IMG/VR virus record: IMGVR_UViG_2585427782_000001
DNA length: 33,888 nucleotides
Origin: a virus
Lineage: Duplodnaviria; Heunggongvirae; Uroviricota; Caudoviricetes
Reading direction: 5' to 3' (one strand)
The notes beneath the pieces were generated by a model that saw nothing but the letters and a program-made list of their open reading frames with translations, was not told where the DNA came from and searched no databases. A program made the translations under genes and the position numbers. Below, in pieces: positions 20,000-28,648 of the stretch (position 1 is its first letter; every line of letters starts with the position of its first letter).

Positions 20000-20461
20000 C
20001 TATCTGCACTGCTCATTAATATACTTCTGGGTTCCTTCCAGTTGTTTTTGCATCGTGATCAGCCTCTCTCTGAGGGTGAAATAATCCCGTTCAGCGGTGT
20101 CTGCCAGTCGGGGGGAGGCTGCATTATCCACGCCGGAGGCGGTGGTGGCTTCACGCACTGACTGACAGACTGCTTTGATGTGCAACCGACGACGACCAGC
20201 GGCAACATCATCACGCAGAGCATCATTTTCAGCTTTCGCATCAGCTAACTCCTTCGTGTATTTTGCATCGAGCGCAGCAACATCACGCTGACGCATCTGC
20301 ATGTCAGTAATTGCCACGTTCGCCAGCTTCAGTTCTCTGGCATTTTTGTCGCGCTGGGCTTTGTATGTAATGGCGTTATCGCGGTAATGATTAACAGCCC
20401 ATGACAGGCAGACGATGATGCAGATAACCAGAGCGGAGATAATCGCGGTTACTCTGCTCAT
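20000..20461 (-). CDS. Rz: i-spanin Rz
   Basis: 153-aa product essentially identical to recalled lambda Rz ([44 protein letters not shown]..). Confidence 0.95.
   Translation of the reverse strand: MSRVTAIISALVICIIVCLSWAVNHYRDNAITYKAQRDKNARELKLANVAITDMQMRQRDVAALDAKYTKELADAKAENDALRDDVAAGRRRLHIKAVCQSVREATTASGVDNAASPRLADTAERDYFTLRERLITMQKQLEGTQKYINEQCR
20059..20241 (-). CDS. Rz1: o-spanin lipoprotein Rz1, embedded in the +1 frame of Rz
   Basis: ..[58 protein letters not shown] matches lambda Rz1; lipobox VVGC. Confidence 0.9.
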   Translation of the reverse strand: MRKLKMMLCVMMLPLVVVGCTSKQSVSQCVKPPPPPAWIMQPPPDWQTPLNGIISPSERG

Positions 20462-20934
20462 ACCTCAATCTCTCTGACCGTTCCGCCTGCTTCTTTGAAT
20501 TTTGCAATCAGGCTGTCAGCCTTATGCTCGAACTGACCATAACCAGCACCCGGCAGTGAAGCCCAGATATTGCTGCAACGGTCAATTGCCTGACGAATAT
20601 CACCGCGATCAATCATCGGTAAAGCGCCACGCTCCTTAATCTGCTGCAATGCCACAGCGTCCTGGCTTTTCGGAGAGAAGTCTTTCAGAGCAAGCTGCTT
20701 ACGGTAAGCATCCCACCAGCGTGAAAGAAGCTGATAACGTCCGGCGGCTGTTGATTTAAGTTTCGGGTTTAGCGTGACAAGTTTGCGAGGATGATCGGAG
20801 TAATCAGTAAACAGTTCACCACCAACAATAACATCATAACCGTGGTTACGTGTCGGTTGTCGCCCGTTATCCGTTCCCTCTGACCACGCCAACATATCGA
20901 GGAAAGCTTTACGCTGAGGATTAAGATTTTGCAT
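20458..20934 (-). CDS. R: endolysin R (lambda-type lytic transglycosylase)
   Basis: 158-aa product near-identical to recalled lambda R (..[44 protein letters not shown]..). Confidence 0.95.
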   Translation of the reverse strand: MQNLNPQRKAFLDMLAWSEGTDNGRQPTRNHGYDVIVGGELFTDYSDHPRKLVTLNPKLKSTAAGRYQLLSRWWDAYRKQLALKDFSPKSQDAVALQQIKERGALPMIDRGDIRQAIDRCSNIWASLPGAGYGQFEHKADSLIAKFKEAGGTVREIEV

Positions 20935-21226
20935 TTTTCACCCCTGTCAGTCGTTCCCAGAAGTACGTCAGTGCAACCGAACCCATCGCACCACTAATCC
21001 CCGCTGTCGCGAGAATCATGTAAATACTGAATCCACTTTCGATACTGATCAGGCCACCAATAACACCGGTGAATCCCGATACCACTATCTGAGCCAGAGC
21101 ATTTATCCAACTCCACGTTGCTTTACTCTGCTTCACATCTATCAGGTAGCGGACCAGACCGCCCCAACCTGCGATGATCAGCAAAACGAGCCAGAACACT
21201 CCGGCAAGGCTCTCTTTTTCGTGCAT
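20921..21226 (-). CDS. holin (class I-like, not lambda S)
   Basis: Hydrophobic ~100-aa protein with about 3 predicted helices, immediately upstream of R. The ORF track start (21238) is a TTG; the first ATG is at 21226. Confidence 0.6.
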   Translation of the reverse strand: MHEKESLAGVFWLVLLIIAGWGGLVRYLIDVKQSKATWSWINALAQIVVSGFTGVIGGLISIESGFSIYMILATAGISGAMGSVALTYFWERLTGVKNAKS

Positions 21227-21340
21227 ATGAATAGCCAATGTTTCGCCGCCGACAAAAGGCCGGGACGTTAAATGTCAGAAATCAGGCTCACGGGGTAATT
21301 TAACGACAAAGCACGGAGTTGATGCTCCCCGCAAGCCTGG

Positions 21341-21366
21341 AATAAAAAAGCCAGCATGTAGCTGGC
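21341..21366 (-). terminator. intrinsic terminator, tR'-like, ~200 nt downstream of Q
   Basis: Minus-strand RNA GCCAGC-uacau-GCUGGC followed by UUUUUU; the distance from the Q stop matches the lambda pR'-tR' 6S RNA arrangement. Confidence 0.6.
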
Positions 21367-21547
21367 AACAGAGGGTTAAGCAATATCAACTCAACAGCTG
21401 AAGACCCCCTGGCTGGGGTAGGTTGGAAGGCTACTCACCGTCCAGAAACAGAAAAGCCCAAAGTTTTAAACCTCGGGCTTGAATTTGGATTACTGCCAGT
21501 GCGTACAACATTGGCAAAATATCAGATTTACACGAAATATATGCTTT

Positions 21548-22237
21548 TTAATCCAGTTTTGCAATAGTTTGCTGTGAAAATGTCGTTTTTTGTTTTGAAC
21601 GTGTTTCCGTTAAAAGCAATAAAGCTTGGCTATCAAGCTGTAGAAAAATGTGCTTCATTGCAACCCAGCGTTCAGTAAATGTCTCAGACCAGTTTTTTGA
21701 TGTCACTCCCACCAGTGATGCCAGCTCCTGGTATTCATAGGTCTTACGCCCTGCCAGCTCGTTCTTCACATCCTGTGCCGCCAGCCAGATCAACTTCTTT
21801 AAGCGTTCCAGTGTCTTACTGGCAATTTTTCTTGTACCTAACAGAGCCTTAAACTCGTTCCATGCCCACTGCGTTATGGCAACCTGATGCTCCCAGCGAA
21901 TACTTTCGCTGTAACTCCACAGCAACCACGCTTTCTGGTGTTCTTCGAGAGACAGAACCGCGCGGCGCCATGAAGATGTTGAGAACTCAACCTGGCTGAC
22001 CAGTGCAATGGATGAACCTTTTGCGTACGACTGCTTACCGGAAATCGGCGGATTATCCAGCGTAATCATCCTGCCAGTTACCTCATCCAGAATGCGCGGC
22101 TTCTTTCGTTTGTATGTACCAGTATCAAATTGAGCATGCTCCAGCCAGGCTTCAAGCTGGCCTTTCGTTACTCCGCTCAAATCAGCGGTAGCCACCATGA
22201 GTTGCTCGCGAACATACTGTAAATATTGGATATTCAT
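21548..22237 (-). CDS. late-gene antiterminator Q-like protein (not lambda Q)
   Basis: 229-aa ORF in the Q position: downstream of ylcG/rusA and directly upstream of the late terminator and lysis cassette. Sequence is unlike lambda Q; assignment is mainly positional. Confidence 0.55.
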   Translation of the reverse strand: MNIQYLQYVREQLMVATADLSGVTKGQLEAWLEHAQFDTGTYKRKKPRILDEVTGRMITLDNPPISGKQSYAKGSSIALVSQVEFSTSSWRRAVLSLEEHQKAWLLWSYSESIRWEHQVAITQWAWNEFKALLGTRKIASKTLERLKKLIWLAAQDVKNELAGRKTYEYQELASLVGVTSKNWSETFTERWVAMKHIFLQLDSQALLLLTETRSKQKTTFSQQTIAKLD

Positions 22238-22374
22238 GCGGCAGCTCCTTTCAGTGTTTTGGCGTAATTCTTCAGTATTCGGTAATCGGTCAAAACAGAA
22301 CCGGGAAAACGATATAAGCGCAGGCGCACCCAGCGGCGGCGAAGACGTTCTGCCATATAAGACTCAAACATCAT
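22234..22374 (-). CDS. ylcG: YlcG-like small protein
   Basis: 46-aa [49 protein letters not shown], as recalled for DLP12 ylcG; ATGA overlaps with rusA stop and Q start. Confidence 0.7.
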   Translation of the reverse strand: MMFESYMAERLRRRWVRLRLYRFPGSVLTDYRILKNYAKTLKGAAA

Positions 22375-22733
22375 TCATCTCCCAGTTCAGTGATGGTCAG
22401 CTCCAGCTTTCCACCTTTGGTAACGGGCATCTTCATAACGCGGTAATCAACGACCTGAGCATCATCCAGCCAGAAACCTGCTTTGGTGAGTGCGTCAAAA
22501 GCGGCCTTTTGTAGATTATCCAGGTCACGGCGACGGCGATCCGGCATGTGACACTCAATGCGGATTTTCACTGGCATAGCCAGGCCGATATCCAGCATTG
22601 CGTTTTTAATGATTTGAGCGACGTTATCGCGGTATGCCTGTCCCTCTGCGCTGACGTGCGTGCGCCCGCGATTATGGCGGTAATAGCGATTATTGCTCGG
22701 AGGCCAGGGTAATGTGATGCTGTAGGTATTCAC
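22371..22733 (-). CDS. rusA: Holliday junction resolvase RusA
   Basis: 120-aa product ([57 protein letters not shown]) matches the recalled RusA family. Confidence 0.9.
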   Translation of the reverse strand: MNTYSITLPWPPSNNRYYRHNRGRTHVSAEGQAYRDNVAQIIKNAMLDIGLAMPVKIRIECHMPDRRRRDLDNLQKAAFDALTKAGFWLDDAQVVDYRVMKMPVTKGGKLELTITELGDE

Positions 22734-23020
22734 GCCTTAATAACCCCCTCTTTCAGCCAGATAACCTGTGTTCTCGCCATACCTTCCAGCGCGCATTCTT
22801 TTGCATATCCAGCGTCAACAAAATGCGTGCGACGGTCGATCTCATCGTGACAGGCAGAACATGCAATGGTGGCAATCAGGTCTGGCGGTTTGGTACCGGT
22901 GCCACACAATCCAGCCAGCCGGATATGTGCCAGTACAGACGTTTCAGGGTTGCCATTACATATGCCAGGGATTCTTACCTGGCATTCCCGACCACGCGCT
23001 GCTTTTCTCAAATCAGCCAT
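22730..23020 (-). CDS. ybcO: YbcO-like putative nuclease (DUF1364-type, Cys-rich)
   Basis: [64 protein letters not shown].. matches recalled DLP12 YbcO; start set at the ATG overlapping the ninE stop. Confidence 0.85.
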   Translation of the reverse strand: MADLRKAARGRECQVRIPGICNGNPETSVLAHIRLAGLCGTGTKPPDLIATIACSACHDEIDRRTHFVDAGYAKECALEGMARTQVIWLKEGVIKA

Positions 23021-23183
23021 GATTCCTCCTTGCTGCCAGTCGCAACCATTTTTTATCAACCAGGCTGGCGGTATACCCTAGCAGTGTTGGTATTTCGGAT
23101 GGCTTCAGCTCAGGTTTACGCTTACGACGATTTGGTACTCTGTAAATGTGCCCGTTCATGACACGAATAAGCGGTGTAGCCAT
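23013..23183 (-). CDS. ninE: NinE
   Basis: Hand translation gives [56 protein letters not shown], matching recalled lambda NinE; missing from the ORF track because it is under 60 aa. Confidence 0.85.
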   Translation of the reverse strand: MATPLIRVMNGHIYRVPNRRKRKPELKPSEIPTLLGYTASLVDKKWLRLAARRNHG

Positions 23184-23638
23184 TACGCCTCCTGCTTATC
23201 GCGCAGCAGCTGGAACTCGCAGCTCTGCGGAATAGTCAGGTGGCAGCCAATATTCATCGCCCAGGCTTCAACCTTACACAGGAAGACATACATCTCTCCG
23301 GTATCAAGATCGGAGGTATGGCGTAACGACTGGATAGTAGTGATTTCGCCGGTTACGACATCAACCAGGTCCTTGGTTTCATAACCGAGATATGTGTGTT
23401 TGAGAGCATCTTTTACCCAAGCTGGAGTGGCGAACGTTTTACCCCTGCTGATGAGGTATTCACTGATTTCGCTGTACCACATGTGGCTGAGTGCATTCTG
23501 GGAAAGACTGCGTCTCTCGCGCCACGGTTTAAGCACCATGCGAAAGCATTTGCCGTCCTCCAGATAAGGCTGGATCTGCTGGCCGATAGCAGTGAAGTTA
23601 CCGCGATGCAATTTGATACCTTCTTGTGGGAGGTTCAC
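23183..23638 (-). CDS. ybcN: YbcN-like protein (NinB-position, DNA base-flipping protein family)
   Basis: 151-aa product [62 protein letters not shown].. matches recalled DLP12 YbcN; GTG start. Confidence 0.85.
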   Translation of the reverse strand: MNLPQEGIKLHRGNFTAIGQQIQPYLEDGKCFRMVLKPWRERRSLSQNALSHMWYSEISEYLISRGKTFATPAWVKDALKHTYLGYETKDLVDVVTGEITTIQSLRHTSDLDTGEMYVFLCKVEAWAMNIGCHLTIPQSCEFQLLRDKQEA

Positions 23639-23675
23639 GCTTCACCTCCGCAGAGGTCAAACGTTGGATGCAAAG

Positions 23676-23796
23676 AACCACAGGTGCATTTCTGCATCAG
23701 TGAAGGGAGAAGAGAGTTTGGATTGTATGTGCGCATAAACGTCCCCGTTTAGCGCAGAAGTCACCGGAGTTGTTCAGGCTCCGATGACATGATTAT
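23676..23796. repeat. direct repeat copy 1 (~120 bp), left boundary of the inserted module
   Basis: About 80-85 percent identical to 26062-26181 by eye, including an identical 18-mer caggtgcatttctgcatc and shared blocks gggagaaga, agtttggattgt, cataaac, ccccgttt, gtcacc, gttgttca, tgatgacatga. Confidence 0.8.
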
Positions 23797-23822
23797 GGCG
23801 GGTTGATTATTGAAAATCAAAG

Positions 23823-24500
23823 TTAATCGTACGAGTCGAGTATGTTCTGAAACGCCCAGCCATCCTCCTTAGGAACACAAGACAGAATCGAATGAATTAG
23901 ATCCCCTGCGGAAAGAAGTAACCCTTCTTGCCCTTCAAGAAAATAACGCCATTTAGGTCCATGAAACAGATTGTTCCGTAACCGGAAACAAACGAACAAG
24001 CACACTGCAAGCTGAGTCTCAGGCTCGGTTGTCATAGCTTGCATGGCTGAAAAATAGTCATCTCTCGCCTTTTGAGAGGTGTGGTGTAATTCCCCGCATA
24101 GGCTTTCAAACTTGCTTTTATCATTTACATAGCGTTCTGAAAAAAAATCGTATGTACACTTGAGAACCCCCAGATCCACAACCTCCATTTGCAAAAGACG
24201 ATTGGCATATTTCGCACTTTTGCCTTGCCCCCCAGCGCAATTAAGAAGTAGAGACTCGAAGAAAGAGAAGTACAAAAAATAACGATTAACGGCTGTAAGG
24301 ATAGATGGGGTAATCCTGCCTTCTGCATTAATCAACTCGTCAAATTCTGATGAAAAATCCAACTGTTCATCCTTTTCCATTATATTCGGCCATTTATTGA
24401 TATTGCACATCAGTCGCTCTTGGCAATGACAGGTTTGCTCTCGGTAATGTCTCAAACGCCCCAAAAAGTAGTCTCGCAAATGCTCTAGTTGCTCGCGCAT
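23823..24500 (-). CDS. hypothetical protein with HEPN-like R-x4-H motif (candidate RNase / abortive-infection effector)
   Basis: 225-aa ORF in an AT-rich insert; contains ..CFRLRNNLFHGPKW.. (RNxxxHG-type motif); no RBS at the annotated start, so the true start may be internal (M31 or M41). Confidence 0.35.
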   Translation of the reverse strand: MREQLEHLRDYFLGRLRHYREQTCHCQERLMCNINKWPNIMEKDEQLDFSSEFDELINAEGRITPSILTAVNRYFLYFSFFESLLLNCAGGQGKSAKYANRLLQMEVVDLGVLKCTYDFFSERYVNDKSKFESLCGELHHTSQKARDDYFSAMQAMTTEPETQLAVCLFVCFRLRNNLFHGPKWRYFLEGQEGLLLSAGDLIHSILSCVPKEDGWAFQNILDSYD

Positions 24501-24626
24501 AACAACTTCGGCGATAACCGGCTATTCGGTCGTTCTTTATACGCTACGCTTGAAGGCGCAAGGCCAACGCTTACCTTGTCACGTTCCTATTGCGGTTTTG
24601 CTGCAATGTTCCTGTCAGTCTGACAT

Positions 24627-24652
24627 AAAAAACCCCTCAATCATCTGAGGGG
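24627..24652 (-). terminator. intrinsic terminator after the 66-aa ORF
   Basis: Minus-strand RNA CCCCUCA-gaugau-UGAGGGG followed by UUUUUU. Confidence 0.55.
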
Positions 24653-24660
24653 ATTAGACA

Positions 24661-24861
24661 TCATTGCTTCCAATACTTTTGAACCCGGATATTCATTGGC
24701 ACACAAACATTTTCATAGATAGGGCCGCTAACAGTCATGACTATATAAATACCATCAAGACCATCAATATTAAGCGAGAGTCTATCTCCGGCTCTAACCT
24801 CACGCTCTAGTTCAATATCTTCTACTCGTCCAGTATCATCGAAAGTCACTGAATACATCAT
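24661..24861 (-). CDS. small hypothetical protein
   Basis: 66-aa ORF between the Bro-N gene and the terminator; no recognised family. Confidence 0.3.
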   Translation of the reverse strand: MMYSVTFDDTGRVEDIELEREVRAGDRLSLNIDGLDGIYIVMTVSGPIYENVCVPMNIRVQKYWKQ

Positions 24862-25023
24862 TTCAAATTTCCATCTAAGTGCATGAGGTGTCTAACGAAA
24901 ATACCATAAAGAGAATTTGATTACATTGAACTTTTTCAGTGCTTACTTGGCTTATCTGAAGCCTTAATCATTGCCGCCCAGTGCGCTACCTGCTTGCATC
25001 CATTCAGCGCCTAATATGTAAAA

Positions 25024-25632
25024 CTATTGCAATCTAGCCTGACGCAAATGTGGCAATACCCTGCTCCACTTATTATCCTGCCAAGGCTGGAATTTTACAT
25101 GTGCCGTTTTTCTGGCAAGGATTTCGCGCGCCTTATGTAGTATCTGGGGATATTCTTGCTCGATAGAAGTAAAGCGACCGGCTTCGCGGTGTTCCGCAAC
25201 CTGAAGAAGTGGAGTAACGTTCTGGCAGGCGGTTAACATCGTATCACTTGCTCGCCATAACCAAGCAAGTGTGCAAAGTTCGTTATCAGTGAATTGTTTT
25301 GTGATCGGGGATTGTTGAACTTCTCGATCGAGAATATCCAGAACCCAGCGGCGGAACTCTTTGGCTACAGGAGTTCGTGCAAACATTGCGATCAAATGGG
25401 CTCCGCGAAGGCTAAATACTCGAGACTCCTGCATTCCACGAGGGGTGGTCACTTTGACCACCCTTGTCATCATATCTGTAAATTCATCTGAGTGACGAGA
25501 GTAAATGCGCTGAACTGCTTTATCGTCCGCATATTCCAGAGCTAAACCAACTTCAGTGGCAGTAAGCCAAATTCTGTTATTGTGGCAAATTGGGGTAAAC
25601 GTCGTTTTGTGGAATGCTAATTGAGTAGTCAT
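25024..25632 (-). CDS. Bro-N domain protein (antirepressor-like)
   Basis: N-terminus ..LAFHKTTFTPICHNNRIWLTATEVGLALEYADDKAVQRI.. fits the recalled Bro-N pattern (F..F....IR...G..WF.A.DVA..LGY); RBS GAGGTGA upstream of the ATG. Confidence 0.55.
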   Translation of the reverse strand: MTTQLAFHKTTFTPICHNNRIWLTATEVGLALEYADDKAVQRIYSRHSDEFTDMMTRVVKVTTPRGMQESRVFSLRGAHLIAMFARTPVAKEFRRWVLDILDREVQQSPITKQFTDNELCTLAWLWRASDTMLTACQNVTPLLQVAEHREAGRFTSIEQEYPQILHKAREILARKTAHVKFQPWQDNKWSRVLPHLRQARLQ

Positions 25633-25788
25633 AGTATCACCTCATCAGGTTAACCATCACCACCAACGACGCCAATCGACTGGTGGTGAACTGTGCAAGG
25701 TTGGCGTAACCGGCTACTCAAACCCGGCGCTCCCGAAGAAGCCCTCACACAGCCCACCATAATTTGGGCGTAGCCGTGCTTAGCGCAT

Positions 25789-25809
25789 AAAAAAACCGCT
25801 TAACGCGGT
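25789..25809 (-). terminator. intrinsic terminator between the promoter-like element and the Bro-N gene
   Basis: Minus-strand RNA ACCGC-guuaa-GCGGU followed by UUUUUUU. Confidence 0.5.
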
Positions 25810-25869
25810 ATGCGTTGAGTAGTATTCCGGGACGCCAATCCCGTGTGCCGATTTTGCGGCAACGCACAG

Positions 25870-25899
25870 AATATAGCGCCGGATAAATAATGTCGTCAA
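25870..25899 (-). promoter_or_regulatory. sigma70-like promoter candidate (TTGACG-18-TATATT)
   Basis: Minus strand -35 TTGACG (plus 25894-25899), 18-nt spacer, -10 TATATT (plus 25870-25875); predicted transcript would reach the 25789-25809 terminator after about 75 nt. Confidence 0.35.
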
Positions 25900-26061
25900 C
25901 CCTTGCAAATGGGTGGCGCGATGATCACTACTACCACTATAACCGCTCCAACTGTTGCAACTACTTTAGGCCAAGACATCAAGATCTCCATATCACCTTT
26001 AGCTGCGAAACGAACAGAGGTTCCCATCTCTATACTGCCGAGGCCAAACACCGAATATAAA

Positions 26062-26181
26062 AACCGCAGGTGCATTTCTGCATCTATGACGGGAGAAGAT
26101 AGTTTGGATTGTGTGGGCTCATAAACTCCCCGTTTGGTGCAGTAGTCACCGTAGTTGTTCATATTCTGATGACATGATAAT
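26062..26181. repeat. direct repeat copy 2 (~120 bp), right boundary of the inserted module
   Basis: See copy 1 at 23676-23796. Confidence 0.8.
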
Positions 26182-26381
26182 TTCCTATTGAATAGAAAAA
26201 ATTAACACTACTCATTCTTATGACTGGAAAAAGCAATCATGCTAATAATCATTGTTGTTCCAGTTCCAAATGCAGCGAAATAATCACTAATATTTTTTTT
26301 CTACCGGTTTCGACTTTGATGCTATATTCTGCCAACACCTAACTAACACTACGTTTCACACAGCAATTACATGGAAATAAC

Positions 26382-26729
26382 ATGACTATCAAAGCGACTG
26401 ACATAGAGATTCTTCATCGTTATGCTGAAGGGGTAATGGAACGTTCTAACCATCATGCAAAAAATGTTGGTGCAGCCGCTCTTACATTGCTAGGAGGTGT
26501 TATCTGGAAAGCCCTGCCCGGCTCAATCGAGATAAGAACTTATAACGGAAGTCTTGCAAATATGGTATGGTGGAAAAGCGAAAGTACATTAAAAAATTAT
26601 GCAATATCATACAACCATGATTCATGTGAAATTGAAATGAGAGATGGATCAGTCAAAGGTGCTGTTTTGTTTAGCATTTCCAACAAAACTACTCCAGAAA
26701 AAATATTATCACAGCTTTCTGAACTTTAA
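26382..26729 (+). CDS. hypothetical protein on the opposite strand in an AT-rich island
   Basis: 115-aa ORF convergent with P; a GC-rich hairpin (26735-26752) lies just after its stop; no recognised family. Confidence 0.4.
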   Translation: MTIKATDIEILHRYAEGVMERSNHHAKNVGAAALTLLGGVIWKALPGSIEIRTYNGSLANMVWWKSESTLKNYAISYNHDSCEIEMRDGSVKGAVLFSISNKTTPEKILSQLSEL

Positions 26730-26934
26730 TTAAAGGCGGTGCTAACACCGCCCCATACCATTACTCCACATCTTACGCAACTTGATAATTATGCTCTATT
26801 AAATACCCACAATATTTCATCAATGCATGGGCCAGCTACAAAATATTTACCGTGGTTATTCCTGTTTTCGCAACATCTCAAAAGAACAATAAACACTGTA
26901 TTTCTTCAAGTAACGAAGAATCTTTCTTTGCCTG

Positions 26935-27636
26935 TCATACACTGGCTCCTTTCAGTCCGAACTTAGCTTTGATTTCTGCGATCTTCGCCAGAGACTGAAC
27001 ACGATTAAGCGGTCTCCCGCCCATAACAGGAAGCTGTTTTACTGGTTCAGGTATCACCTCACCACGGTTAATTCGCGCGGTCATACAGGACAGTTCATCG
27101 GCAGCCTTGCGCCGTAATTCCGCATCAGTAAGCGCATTGGCCCGCATGTTCTGGTACAGGTTGGTAACCAGCCAGTAGTGCGCGTTTGATTTCCATGGAT
27201 AAGACTCTGCGTCCGGATACAGGCCTCGCTTCCGGCAATACTCGTAAACCATATCAACCAGCTCGCTGACGTTTGGCAGTCCGGCGATAACGGATGCTTC
27301 TTCCCGGCACCATGCAACAAACTGCCCGGGTGATGGCAGGAATGGTCGATTCTGCCGACGGGCTACGCGCATTCCTGCGTTAACCTGTTCCATTGTGGTG
27401 ATCTCGTTTTCCCGGAAAGCCAGAACCCACTGGCGGCGGATTTCGTTCAGTTCGTTCTGATCCCGGTTAGCCAGGCTCGCAGGGAAAGTTGCCAGTAACT
27501 GGCTGAACACACCGTTGATGATCTGCGCTACCTGCTGTACCTGCGGCTTTTCGTCGTACTGTTCCGGCATATTGTTGGCGAGCCGGCGCATCTGCTCACG
27601 GTCAAAGTTAACCATCTGTGCGGCGATGTTTTTCAT
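26935..27636 (-). CDS. P: replication protein P (DnaB helicase loader)
   Basis: 233-aa product near-identical to recalled lambda P (MKNIAAQMVNFDREQMRR.ANNMPEQYDEKPQVQQVAQIINGVFSQLLATFPASLANRDQNE..). Confidence 0.95.
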   Translation of the reverse strand: MKNIAAQMVNFDREQMRRLANNMPEQYDEKPQVQQVAQIINGVFSQLLATFPASLANRDQNELNEIRRQWVLAFRENEITTMEQVNAGMRVARRQNRPFLPSPGQFVAWCREEASVIAGLPNVSELVDMVYEYCRKRGLYPDAESYPWKSNAHYWLVTNLYQNMRANALTDAELRRKAADELSCMTARINRGEVIPEPVKQLPVMGGRPLNRVQSLAKIAEIKAKFGLKGASV

Positions 27637-28562
27637 AAATCCACCCCGTAAATCCAGTCAGTGTTCGTCAGGTCGAGTTTTGGTTTGCCGGCTGTCACGC
27701 CAGCCTGTTGCTTGTTTCGGTTGATTTCGAGCTGGGTCCACTTGTCGCGGAGTTTGGCCGGACTCAGCACGTTACCGGACCAGAAGTTGTCCTGGCATGC
27801 CCAGCGGAACAGCACGCACATGTCGCGGTGGTTACGTCCGTCACGTTCACGCATCAGGCGGATATCGTTAGCCCACCCTGCAAAATTCGGTTTTCTGGCT
27901 GATGGCGCGATGGTCTTCACCATGTCAAACATCCACTCTGCGGCGGTCAGGTCTTCTGCTGTCCCCCACCTGCTGCCGCTCTGAATTGCAGCATCTGGTT
28001 TCTCCACAGGAAGATCGTTTTCTGGTTGGTCAGAGGATTCGCCAGAATTCTCGGACGAAAAAGGTTTTATATTGTCTTTTGTTAGTTTGTCTTTTGTGTT
28101 TACCTGATTCGGGTAAGTGCCTTTACCTGATTTGGGTAAACTTTTCTTACCTGATTCAGGTAAATTTACCTCTTTCAGGTAAACTTTATTTTTCTTACCT
28201 GATTCGGGTAATGTTGACCATTCACTGACCACATTATTAATGCCGATATTCCGCCCGCTCTGAATAAAAATCCCACGCTTTACCAGAACACTTTTTGCAG
28301 CAGAACACTTGTGCGGCAATATCCCGGTCAACTCGGAAAGTTGCTCGTTGCTCACCCAATCCAGTTTTTTATTAAAGCCATATGTTTTGCGCATGACAGC
28401 CAGGAAGACCAGAAGCTGGTGCTGTGTTAATCCGGCCAGCATCACAGCTTCCAGCAACTCATTTGCAATGCGCGTATAACCATCATCGAGATCTGCCACA
28501 CGCGGCTCCTTTTGTGCCGCATCCGGCACTGGAAAATTGAATATCTCAGCAGTGTTTGCCAT
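27633..28562 (-). CDS. O: replication initiator O (iteron-binding)
   Basis: Start chosen at MANTAEIFNFP with GGGAGG 5-6 nt upstream; the N-terminal region ..ADLDDGYTRIANELLEA..LTQHQLLVFLAVMRKTYGFNK resembles lambda O; ori iterons lie inside the gene. The ORF track's 28652 start is an upstream in-frame codon. Confidence 0.85.
   Translation of the reverse strand: MANTAEIFNFPVPDAAQKEPRVADLDDGYTRIANELLEAVMLAGLTQHQLLVFLAVMRKTYGFNKKLDWVSNEQLSELTGILPHKCSAAKSVLVKRGIFIQSGRNIGINNVVSEWSTLPESGKKNKVYLKEVNLPESGKKSLPKSGKGTYPNQVNTKDKLTKDNIKPFSSENSGESSDQPENDLPVEKPDAAIQSGSRWGTAEDLTAAEWMFDMVKTIAPSARKPNFAGWANDIRLMRERDGRNHRDMCVLFRWACQDNFWSGNVLSPAKLRDKWTQLEINRNKQQAGVTAGKPKLDLTNTDWIYGVDL
28100..28212. repeat. origin of replication: five iterons inside the O gene, with adjacent AT-rich tract
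   Basis: ttacctgattcgggtaa (28100), ttacctgatttgggtaa (28123), ttacctgattcaggtaa (28147), ttacctctttcaggtaa (28166), ttacctgattcgggtaa (28196); each is internally palindromic (TTACC..GGTAA). AT-rich tract at about 28058-28099. Confidence 0.75.
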
Positions 28563-28648
28563 AATTCCTCCCGCAATGAGTGTGTTACGATTTGCACCTG
28601 AAAGTCGGTTCTGTTCCCGCAGACCGACTTTCGCCATTTCTGAACCTG

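Noticed and set aside
21239-21547. tRNA genes or toxin cargo between Q and the holin
   Set aside because: The interval is only about 300 bp, shows no tRNA-like conserved arms by eye, and contains the terminator expected of a pR'/tR' unit. A second hairpin (aagccc..gggctt, 21444-21470) was seen but has a long loop and weak U-tract.
26735-26752. GC-rich hairpin ggcggtg-ctaa-caccgcc as an intrinsic terminator
   Set aside because: No uninterrupted T-run on either strand, so it is not called as a terminator; mentioned only as a possible structure between convergent genes.
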